Of a stretch of 64,000 nucleotides of DNA, positions 12,575 through 23,084 are shown piece after piece. The first letter of the stretch is position 1. Each line of letters starts with the position of its first letter. Origin of the DNA: Eledone cirrhosa (taxonomy: Eukaryota); contig OZ024740.1 in the NCBI GenBank assembly GCA_964016885.1, positions 359,538,001 to 359,602,000 of the forward strand, given 5' to 3'. Position numbers and translations under genes: made by a program. The notes below the pieces were generated by a model. That model saw nothing but the letters and a program-made list of their open reading frames with translations, made no database searches and was not told the DNA's origin.

Positions 12575-14182
12575 CAGTGGTTCTCAACGGTGGGCCAAGG
12601 GCCCATTCAGTGGGCCCGGGACAATTTGAGAGGGCCCGGAGAAATTTCAGTGGGCCTGGAAATTTTTTCAGACTTTCTTGGAATTTAAGATCACACAAAA
12701 TGACAAACTTTTTTTAAGTCTGAATGTTCTGTGATAAAATCACATGACTTAAGTTGACCTGCATTATTTGGGGTGCAATAACGCAGACACCTGCATATGT
12801 CTGCGTTCTTACACATTCATGCACACCTGTGTGTACTCAAGGCATGTGTGTTCCTGAAATCTCGGACGCTATAAATGTGGGTGCAATAGAAATGAAATTG
12901 AGTTGAGGTTTTTACATTTCGTCTTGGGTTACTGAATTAATTTCGCCACTGAATTAATTTCGCCCGGTGAACCCCAACGAAAGTTACTCCCGTTGTTTAT
13001 ATCCGTAAAATGACTAAAACAAATGTAATATATTTACGGTTAGGGTTATTTTTTTAGGGCTAATTCAACCCTAACCCTAACCCAACCCCTTTTCTATTCA
13101 TACAGCGAATGACGACTGAGGCATGCAGACGAATTCAACGAGAAACAGCCTCCTAGTCGAAAAATTAAGCCACAACGATACCAAGACCAACATTTTTTAT
13201 CTGGGTGATATTTTTGCACACGTTAGTTCATTAAAGAAGACCCTTCAAGGCCGTGCGACTACAATAGTGTATTGTACGGGAAAAATTCGATCCGTCATCT
13301 CTAAGCTTAGTTTATGGTCCAATCATCTGCAGAGACGTGAATTCGCATGCTTTCCAAATCTCTCCAAAACCACACCTTTTGACGCCATTTTGATCAGCTC
13401 CGTCGACCACATTAGAAATTTACAAACTGATTTCAAACGACGATTTCATGATATACTGGACATGAAGCCCACGCAGTGGCTGTTGGACATTGAAAACTGT
13501 GATGTTATTAGCGACGAAACTCTGGATCCTAATCTTGCTGGAACTCAAAGCGAATGCGCTATTGATGAGAAAAATGGAACGCGAGGGCCTTCTCGGCTGG
13601 CTTAATGTGGAAAAAATATTTCCAAACTTTTATGATCAAGCCTTTCCTTTTATTCTCTCTTTTCCTACAACGTGGCTTGTTGAATCTGGTTTTTCCACGC
13701 TAAATATTTTTTAAAAAAAAGAAGCCTTCATCAAACCATCAATTGGGGAGATTTGCGGCTCAAGTTGAACCAATCCTTTGAAGTCCGATTCGACAGTCTT
13801 GTTGAAAGACATCAGGAGCAGTGCAGCCACTAGCACTGAGCATTTGAGCATTGTTAAAACGCCCATTAAATTTTTTCTTATTTTTTATTGACTTTTTATC
13901 AAGAATTCGTGTTCTTCACTCGTGAAATTTAAATGCAGTCGGGATCATATGGGGGTAAGTGTTCCAGAATGCTCTTTGAACACTGACCCTGGCAATTTCT
14001 AGGGAGTAAAGTGGGCCGGGAGAACAAAAAGATTGAGAAGCACTAGTATATATATCATGTGGGGGTTATAGTCCGGAATAGTTTTGGAGCACTAGTTTAC
14101 GCTTGTAAAATAAGTGGGCGGGCCCGGACATTTTTCGGGAGCTAAAAGTAGGCCCGAGGGTCAAAAAGGTTGAGAAACACTG
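12575..14182 (+). mobile_element. hAT (Charlie/Buster-type) DNA transposon, internally deleted
   Basis: TIRs CAGTGGTTCTCAAC / GTTGAGAAACACTG. Perfect 8-bp TSD CTTTAGAT (12567..12574 and 14183..14190). Transposase remnant inside. Confidence 0.93.
13150..13833 (+). pseudogene. Frameshifted C-terminal hAT transposase remnant
   Basis: FYLGDIF..LQG..KLSLW..FPNL..DFKRRFHD, then FPTTWLVESGFS (hAT dimerisation motif) and GDLRLKL..QCSH* in shifted frames. Confidence 0.85.
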
Positions 14183-14604
14183 CTTTAGATATATAACACC
14201 AATAATTATCTCCTCTATAGAGAATAATTCTATTTTATTTCTACTGGTTTTGGTGAACTAATGGCAAACATATTCATTTCATTTCAGACGAGCTGAGAAT
14301 GAATAACTTTGTTAATATGAAGATATCTTCGTTTTAAAAACAAATGTACATATATGTCTCACTTAATATTATTTATTGTTAGTGAAAGATACATAAAACA
14401 AACGATTTAATTCCACCTATAACCTTGATTCTTTTTTTCAATATTTATGTGGTCTGTAATGTTGCATAAACACATTTATCTTGCCCAGTCGATTTTATCT
14501 CGGATGCTTCTGTTCTACATTATTGTTTATTGAAATAACACATTAAGTTTTTGATTGTTTTGTCACCTATTGATAAAATAGATTCCTCTACATATCATGT
14601 TTTG

Positions 14605-14676
<72 letters not shown>

Positions 14677-14681
<5 letters not shown>

Positions 14682-16720
14682 CAAAATACTGGTGTGTATG
14701 AGTATAACAAAGACGATTGGTTTGTGTGTATAATATTTAATTAACAATTTGTGGATATATATAGAACAGTATAGTTGACATGTCAATGAATAGATGAAAG
14801 AATGAAGCAAAGTTATTAGTTACCGTTTTGGTTGCCTGGCAGAAGACGCCTGGCGAAGGCCAGGCGCCGGCAAGGCAAATGAGAGATAGGGAGCTTAACG
14901 TTATTAGTTTTATAGGGTTCTGACCGGAAGTTACAGAAAGGGTTCTACTTCCTGTCTAGAGAGCGTTAATCTATTGGGGATGTGAGTGTCACAACAAGGG
15001 AGGCAACTCCTGCTACATTATCCCCCGCCAGATTTTTTTTATATAAAAATCGAATGAAATATGTATGTAGTAAGTTGGCGAGAATGTTGTAACAGGCATG
15101 AAAATTACGAAAAAAATGTTTGCAAAAATCAATGATAGATATCAAGGTAGCCAACCGCTCTTGGCCAGAGAACGACTGGACATCTATCTATCCATCACCC
15201 AAAGATACAATGTAATAAAGTAAGAGAAGAGTTCAAAGTTCAAATGTACAAAATATAGTTCACAGGTGTGCAATCACATGACAGCAGGAAAGAAAGTGTG
15301 TTCCAGAGAATGAATGCAAGTGGTTTCTGTTCTGTGGTATATTGTGAAATTTCCAACCTCCGAATGGATTTTCTCACAGGAAGAGTGCTGCAAAAATAAA
15401 TTCTCTGGTTTGTTCTGCTGGTTTTGGTTGTTGATGAAGCTGTGTTGCTGTTGATGTTGTTGTCTCGCGGAGTGAGCGTATTCGATGTTTAAATTCACAG
15501 TAAAAATATTTTTTTCAGAAAAAATGAGTTGCGCAAAGTGCTAGAAATAACAGCCGAAGTTGATCGTCGATGTTGAGAATGCGTTGACCTGGAAGGGTCA
15601 AGAGGCCAGCGACCAAAGAAATAAGCATTCTGAATAAATGCGCAGTTTTCAACGGCAAATTTACGTGGTAAATTTATAAACCGGCAAATAGAAGAATATA
15701 GCTTAAGGCTGGAGAATCCTTGGCGAGAAACGTTATCTCATGGCGTGCGGCTATCTCTGTGAGTCGAGAAATCCTGCTGCCTACACGTGCCAAAACAAGG
15801 TTAAGTTGAAAAAATATATATATTTCTAATGCGCGAGAAAATGGCGCGAAAATGATAGTGCAACAGGTCGTTGGCAGCCATTTTGAAAAAATATGTGTGT
15901 GAAAGTGACAATGATGAAAAAGAAAGAAAGGTTTCACTTAGTATAACAAATATGGCGAGTTCAATTTTTCTTTTGTGAACGATGAAAAAAACTTGAACGA
16001 TGAAGAAAACGATGAAAAAAAAGGCAATTGTTGAGATTCATCGAAAATAAATGTTCCTGTTGAAATGTTTTTTAAAAAAATCAATTTCTTTTTTTTTTTT
16101 TTTTTTTTAAAGTGTTCGTTGTAAGAAACGAGAAACATATATATATACAGTGAACTGCGACAGTTAGTGGATGCGTGAGGGGAAAAGAGTCTGTCTGGAC
16201 GAAAATTTCACACGTGCGTGTGTTCGTTTCTTTGACTGCGTATTTTCAGTTTGTCAATAAAATTTGCTGTGTATTCGTAATGTTACTCACACAACACCAG
16301 ATTCTGCTATTTTTTCTTTTTTTCGGGGTCACCACTTATAACAATGAACGGCTGCGTGTTCGTATCACGTCGGGGTCACCACTTATAACAAAATACTGGT
16401 GTGTATGAGTATAACAAAGACGATTGGTTTGTGTGTATAATATTTAATTAACAATTTGTGGATATATATAGAACAGTATAGTTGACATGTCAATGAATAG
16501 ATGAAAGAATGAAGCAAAGTTATTAGTTACCGTTTTGGTTGCCTGGCAGAAGACGCCTGGCGAAGGCTAGGCGCCGGAAAGGCAAATGAGAGATAGGGAG
16601 CTTAACGTTATTAGTTTTATAGGGTTCTGACCGGAAGTTACAGAAAGGGTTCTACTTCCTGTCTAGAGAGCGTTAATCTATTGGGGATGTGAGTGTCACA
16701 ACAAGGGAGGCAACTCCTGC

Positions 16721-16724
<4 letters not shown>
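14677..16724 (-). mobile_element. Non-autonomous LTR retrotransposon (TRIM/LARD-like, Gypsy-type signals) inserted in (TA)n
   Basis: Two 341-bp LTRs (14677..15017, 16384..16724; TGTAGCA..TGTTATA on the minus strand; only 2 differences noticed). PBS TGGTGACCCCGA lies 2 nt after the 5' LTR, PPT GGCGGGGGATAA before the 3' LTR. No recognisable gag/pol. Confidence 0.9.
16323..16381 (-). promoter_or_regulatory. Duplicated tRNA-Trp primer-binding site (12-nt copy plus extended 32-nt copy)
   Basis: Plus strand TCGGGGTCACCA at 16323..16334 and GGCTGCGTGTTCGTATCACGTCGGGGTCACCA at 16350..16381 match the metazoan tRNA-Trp 3' end including CCA (tRNA sequence recalled, not looked up). Confidence 0.88.
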
Positions 16725-16789
<65 letters not shown>

Positions 16790-16984
16790 CATCTCAACGG
16801 CCAATGATCATGAAATTCTGTGTCCTTCGTTTGTATACTTTTTTTTTAATAATTTTTTTAAGGTTTCCCCCTAAAAAAATTGTTTTTCGTTTTGTTTTGT
16901 TTCCGTTCGTTTTCTTATACTTTCTTGGTTAATTTTCTTAAGTTTTATATATATACATATATATATAATAAGTTTATATATATA

Positions 16985-17720
16985 TAATAAGTTGGTTTCA
17001 CTGCTAGGAGCTGTTGCATCTCAGCGTACTCAATAGTACTCCCAGGGTAGACACATAGTTATTCGCTTCAATACAACGCACGTAAATGGGTACCTTCAAT
17101 TATTCCCGTACTCAAGTTTCGGCAGCACTTAATGCACTAATAGAGTGCACAGCACCCACTGTCCGCATATATTATACAACAATGCACAATCGGCGCATGT
17201 GGCTTCATCGGCGGGTTTCGCCTAATCAATAACCAATCGCTCTACAGAATTCGATTCCAGTCCGTGTTGGCTATGACTATGTGACGGCCAGCACAGGAAA
17301 ATGTTAGCAACTAGAACCGCTACGCGTCATCACAATGCCGTCCCCCGATTGGCCACCAATTCAGAAATTTACGTGATGGCAGGAGACGAAATTCAAATAG
17401 TCCCGCTCCCGCCATAAGCACTCAGCCAACGTATCTCAAACTCAAATTAACAAGCTAGTTAAAAATTGGTTATTAGAAAAATTCAGTCGCCAATCGCTGT
17501 ACAATAGAATAGTAACATTCGGCTCTAGTCTCCAAGCGCCATGGCGAGAAATAGTGCGACAGTAACTATAGTAGTGCCTAAAACCTTTCCGAACATTAAA
17601 TGCCAACCAGCGATTAGACAGCGATATAGAGTTAGCGCGCTGGTTAGAGTTTGAATTCTAGATATATAATGTGTATATCGCCCTCCCTCAGAGTTCCGTT
17701 TATTGCTTCCACTATCTGCT
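16985..17720 (-). mobile_element. Probable PLE pseudo-LTR (CpG-rich, several CCAAT motifs) ending in (TA)n
   Basis: HHR-like motif at 17105..17215 and a TTGAGT tail motif ~43 nt from the TA junction. Right boundary uncertain. Confidence 0.5.
17105..17215 (-). ncRNA. Hammerhead-like motif with branched stem II and variant core
   Basis: Reverse complement: CCCG-CCGATGA-[~85 nt with two hairpins]-GAAA-C-TTGA-G-TA-CGGG. Confidence 0.55.
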
Positions 17721-18099
17721 GGAATCTAGCTATGCATGGACTATCGTTTGATACAGGTCAACACAACACACTTGAATGGTTATCCTTTTGATAATTTACG
17801 ACCCTGATTCCGTGGAGGGTACGTGAGTCCTGATTTCGCTAATTGACACGTGGATAGCACTTTACTCCAGAAAACATGACGGCTGGGAAATACTCTTTTA
17901 GAAACTCATATGTCTGCCGCGCGCACGAACAAAAGGATGTGTTTTTTCTGCAGGCGGCATATCACAAAATTGAATTTCATCCGAAGGTACCGTTCTCATA
18001 ACAACAACAAATGCATGGATTACATCTTGCACTGCATGGGAGAACCGTTGAAATAATTATTATGAATAAACGATTTACGTAACATCAGCATCTTTCTTA

Positions 18100-18910
18100 T
18101 GCCGCCGAGGTTCACTTTGCCTTTAATCCTTACGGGGTCGATAAAATAAAGTACCAGTAATGGTAAAGTAGAAACAATTATATATATGGTGGATTGGCAG
18201 TATCGGTAGAGGGTCTGACGCCATGCTTTGACGCATAGAGTTACGGCCCTTTATGGTCTGAGTTCAAATCCCGCCGAGGTTAACTTTGCCTTTCATCCTT
18301 ACGGGGTCGATAAAATAAAGTACCAGTAATACACTGAGATAATTGCTGGCCTTGTGCCAAAAGTAGAAACAATTATATATATAAATATATTTATATATAT
18401 ATACATATTTACTGTTTATTTATATCCTGTAACTTAGCAGTTTGGAAAATAAGGTTTAATAAAATATGTACCATACTTGGGGTGTCAATAGGATTGACTA
18501 AATACGTTCAATGTGGTGCCCCAGTATGGCCACAATCTAATGACTGAAACAACTAAAAGAATAAATGAATTTTCATGTGGATTGGCAGTATCGGTAGAGA
18601 GTCGGACGCCATGCTTTCCAGCATAGTTACGTCCCTTTACGATCTGAGTTCAAATCCCGCCGAGGCTGACTTTGCCTTTCATCCTTACGGGGTCGATAAA
18701 ATAAAGTACCAGTAATGCACTGGGTAATTGCTGGCCTTGTGCCTAAAGTAGAAACAATTATTAACAATAAACTGTTATGCCCCTTTAGGGTCTGAGTTCA
18801 AATCCTGCTGAGGTTAACTTTGCCTTCATCCTTACGGGGTCGATAAAATAAAGCACTAGTACTGAACAGGGATAATTGCTGGCCTTGTGCCAAAAGTAGA
18901 AACAATTATT
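18100..18910 (+). mobile_element. Cluster of same-family SINEs (about 18100..18181, 18188..18375, 18578..18762, 18770..18910)
   Basis: Repeated CATCCTTACGGGGTCGATAAAATAAAG core; two full-length and two partial copies. Confidence 0.85.
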
Positions 18911-19944
18911 AACAGTAAACTGATGTCAGTAAACTGATGTCAGTGAAGAAGAACTTGAGGTGAATGATATTTAGTACAAAATATTATTATTTTCACCCTC
19001 CTGGAGTTTAATAGAATAAAGACAAAATATATAGTGACTAAAGCAATCAACAGCTTTCTTTGGAGAAACAGAGCCCTTATCATAAACAGAATAAATGATA
19101 TTTTTATATATCTAAAACTACATAGTCCTTCCTTTAGGGCACTAGTCTATGAATTGAAAAAATCATGCTGTTATTATTAGCAGATGGAGTGACTGCTTTG
19201 AGGATCCCTCATTGTGGTAGTGATGAAGATAATAGTGATATAGTTTTGATGATGGTGGTATTTGTGATAGAAATGGTGATGTAGTAGTTGTGAAGATGCT
19301 GGTAAAGTTGGTGAGGATGACAATGTTAGTAAATGTGATGATGGCAACAGTAATGATGAGCAATAAAAAGATATTATGTGGTTATTGAAATATCTATCAC
19401 ATTTAAAAAGTTTATGTGAAAGCCTGGATATATTAAACATTCCCAAACTGCTTATTAAAAATATAAATAAAGACAAAGATTTGGGTTTTTATTTCAGTAT
19501 ATCACTCACAAACACATTTTCTTTCTCTTTTATTGCAAAAGATCAAAGACTTTACATTAGAAATAACCTCTCAGTTATTTGGATAGTAGTTGTCAGATTG
19601 AATAACTAATGGCACTAAATCTAGCTAGCAGTGGTAATGGTCTGCATTGACAGAACCACTGATAAATCAACAAGATTTTTTTAATTGCTAAAATGCCTAG
19701 AAGATTCTATAACCAAGCATTTCGTTTACAACACCAGACTATGGCCCTTCCGTCTGACACACCTACAACACACTCAGCTACAGGTTTACTGGTTAAATGC
19801 AGTACACTTTTCCTTTCAGGCATCTCATATTTATGTCTAGTCAAAAGAAATCAATATATCTCTGAAAAGAGGTTTTATAATTGATCCAGTGTAATGGAGC
19901 TTGTGTATGTCCTGAAAAATTATGTTGTTACTTTTGCTTTTTGT

Positions 19945-20900
19945 TGTTGTTTAGCTCCAGATCAACCCTGATCAGGCAGGTATAAGACATTGCAGCAATG
20001 ATCATCTTACCTATTTTTTAAATAGTGTTATATCCTTCCCTTTTTTAAGTCACTGGGATGACATTTGAGAGAGATATAGCTACTTTTACTGGCCAAGCAA
20101 TCAGAACATGGAAGTTTCCTTGTTGTTTTTGTAAACAGATCAACTTGTTGTTTTTGTTGTTATTAAAATATCGGTCAACCCTGGTTGAGCAGACCTATAA
20201 TCATAACTATCCAATCTTTTAAGAGCTATGAAGAACTACTTTATCCAATTGATCTTTTTTCCAAGATAATAGGATGTGATTTGATACAGGGTATAGTATA
20301 GAAGTATATGGTATAAAACTTAGAGCAGTTCCATTATTTGCGTGATTTTCATAAGTGTTAGTGGATCTTACTCTAAACATCTTAATGTGATGTGCTTGAA
20401 TTGTTCCATTTGTGGGAGCAGCTATTGTTTAACCCCAAATTAGTCTTCAGCATGCAAACCTATGATCAAAGGCATTCCAGTCATGATCATATTGTCTGTT
20501 TTCTAGGTACTATCAACCCAGAATAACTATACAACATGTCCTTCTTTTCAATTACAGTAGGATGTAATTTGAGAGAGTATTATTTTTAGCAAGTTGGTCG
20601 ATCATATAATACAAAGGCTCTAGTGTGCTGATTTTATCTAAGTAGAACTGCATTGAGATAAAGATATTTTCAGAAAGATCTTGCTGTTATTTGTAAATCA
20701 AGTATGTTATTGTTTAGCCCTGAACCAGCAGACATATAGTCAAATACACTTCAGTATATAATCAAATACACATCAGTGTATATAAAATGATATTATCCAG
20801 TATGTTCTCTTTTTTAAAAGCAAGAATGATATTCGAGAGAGGTATAACTGCTATCTCTAGCACATCAAATAACCACTTAGACGCCTCTCTCATTTGTTCA
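19945..20900. repeat. About four tandem degenerate copies of an old short interspersed repeat
   Basis: Recurrent TTGTTTAGC..CAGACCTAT..GATTTGAGAGAG..TATTTCTAGCA block. Related copies near 8160..8335 and, inverted, 40950..41115. Confidence 0.55.
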
Positions 20901-21457
20901 ATATCAAGATTGTAAATGTGTGCGCTGATACTGCTAGTACTATAATTACTGTCCCTGCAGCTCTTATTAGCATATATCGATACTCAACTCTTTTCTCTCA
21001 TTTTACTGGTCAGCTAAACTTTTAATTTTTGATTGAAAGCATTTTACTTAGGAGCACATAAATATTTCCCCCACCCTCAAAAGGAGTAAAAAACCAAATG
21101 AAGAAAAAACAAAAAAAAACAAATTTCTTTCCTCTTTCATAACAATTAACTTTTGTTTTTCATTCATATTCATCCATATATAATAGCCAGCCTAACAAAT
21201 AAACCTGTTCCCTGTCAATAATGAAACATAATTTTGTCGGTTGAATTTCTTTCTCACTGTTTGCTATTTTTAGCCCTTAAATTACAGTTAGACTGCTTTT
21301 TAAAATATTCTATTATATTAATGTCTGAATTTGCAAAGAAGACAGATAAAAACATCAGCTACGTTTTAACATAGCCCAACACTAGCAATTTTAAATAGCA
21401 AAAAAAAATTATTTTAAAAAAATAAACAAATAAATTGTAAATATTGAATATTCTAAC

Positions 21458-21494
<37 letters not shown>

Positions 21495-21497
<3 letters not shown>

Positions 21498-22535
21498 ATA
21501 TCCAACATTAAGATAAATCAAATGAATTTAATCTAAATCAAAATTATGGGTGTCATGCCAGAAAGACATGCGCCATATCACCCGCAAAATAAGCTCTAAG
21601 ATTTTAACGAGTAGGTCCGAGCATTTTATAATAACTAGAAATTGATTAACATATAAATAAACATGAATAATCACAGGAGATAATTTTTACAAGTGTGTAA
21701 CCACACATAGCTAGGTAGGTAACTAAATAAAGTTGACCAGAACTTCAAAAATAGATACCTTATAATATGATTAATCTTCCCTGTATATATTCCATTAAAG
21801 AAATATATTTCACCAATTAATCGGATGGTAAACCATGGAAGTGGAGACTTGGATTTTCAACAAGGAAGAAGTTCCAGCGATCCGTGTTTACACTTCAAGT
21901 TCAAATCAGCGACTGGCCAGCAACACGTGCTATATCTATTAGAAATACACACATCATACTAGCTTCGTCCCAGTGGCATGAATAGGGTTATCGACAACTA
22001 GAAACGGCAGTCAAGTCCTTTCAACAGAGTAAGCTCTACAATTAAGGAGCCGTATTTATATATCTATATCCAAAATTAAGATAAATCAAATGAATTTAAT
22101 CTAAATCAAAATTAGGGGTGTCATGCCAGAAAGACATGCGCCATATCACCCGCAAAATAAGCTCTAAGATTTTAACGAGTAGGTCCGAGTGGGACGAAGC
22201 TAGTATGATGTGTGTATTTCTAATAGATATAGCACATGTTGCTGGCCAGTCGCTGATTTGAACTTGAAGTGTAAACACGGATTGCTGGAACTTCTTCCTT
22301 GTCGAAAATCCAAGTCTCCACTTCCGTGGTTTACCATCCAATTAATTGGTGAAATATATTTCTTTAATGGAATATATACAGGGAAGATTAATCATATTAT
22401 AAGGTATCTATTTTTGAAGTTCTGGTCAACTTTATTTAGTTACTTACCTAGCTATGTGTGGTTACACACTTGTAAAAATTATCTCCTGTGATTATTCATG
22501 TTTATTTATATGTTAATCAATTTCTAGTTATTATA
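21495..22535. mobile_element. (TA)n-flanked rearranged element with A-B(inverted)-C-A-B structure
   Basis: A = 21495..21621 and 22063..22189 (direct). B = 22190..22535, with an inverted copy at 21628..21972. Confidence 0.75.
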
Positions 22536-22559
22536 TATGTATATATATATATATATATA

Positions 22560-22995
22560 TTAGATTGATGCTCTGAAATAGCGATGTATAGATGTATGTA
22601 TAGTATATTTGGCAATATACCGTATGTTTAATTAAAAACATTTAGAAGACCATACGCTATCAGTTTTAAAGTAGTGACTATGTCACTTACTTCTTTTCGG
22701 CGAAAGAAGGGAGAGAAGCTGACAGTCTGTTTCTCGCTGGTTGGCGTTCATCAGAGCCATGTACTCCCCTGCTTTCGCCAAAAACTATAGAAGCTGGATT
22801 CTTATAGAATTCCAGTAATTATCAGGAGCTGATTATACAGAGCAATTGCCGGTCCAGCAAAAATTAGGTATTAAGATTGGTGCTCTGAAATAGCGATGTA
22901 TACATGAATGTATGTATAGTATATTTGGCAATATACCGTATGTTTAATTAAAAACATTTAGAAGACCATACGCTATCAGTTTTAAAGCAGTGACA
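22560..22995 (-). mobile_element. Retrozyme-like element: 312-nt monomer, ~1.4 tandem copies, in (TA)n
   Basis: Direct repeat starting at 22563 and 22875, one HHR, no ORF. A second family member lies at ~49048..49305. Confidence 0.75.
22717..22758 (-). ncRNA. Type I hammerhead ribozyme (GUC site)
   Basis: Reverse complement: GGCT-CTGATGA-ACGC-CAACCA-GCGA-GAAA-CA-GAC-TG-TC-AGCT. Stem I extends through an internal loop (22694..22713 pairs with 22764..22783). Confidence 0.82.
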
Positions 22996-23084
22996 TATAT
23001 ATATTATACTGAAATTTCTATGAGACAACTTGCTGGAAACCACGAACCAAATCAACGACCAGAGCAAGGTCCCAGTAAGATAGA

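Larger units (their letters stand above)
11915..14448. repeat. Old palindromic (foldback/MITE-like) element split by two SINEs and a hAT transposon
   Basis: 11915..11996 plus 12175..12354 is a diverged reverse complement of 12551..12574 plus 14191..14448. Confidence 0.7.

Noticed and set aside
14833-14880. CAGAAGA plus GC hairpin plus GAAA in the LTR as a possible hammerhead (LTR retrozyme)
   Set aside because: The core lacks U4, GAAA is present in only one LTR, and there is no stem III/UH or consistent stem I.
16350-16381. tRNA-Trp gene
   Set aside because: Only the 3' 32 nt with encoded CCA are present, at the PBS position, so this is a primer copy.
18100-18910. Regularly recurring repeat resembling a CRISPR array
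   Set aside because: These are SINE copies with Pol III boxes in a eukaryotic context, with irregular spacing and no cas genes.
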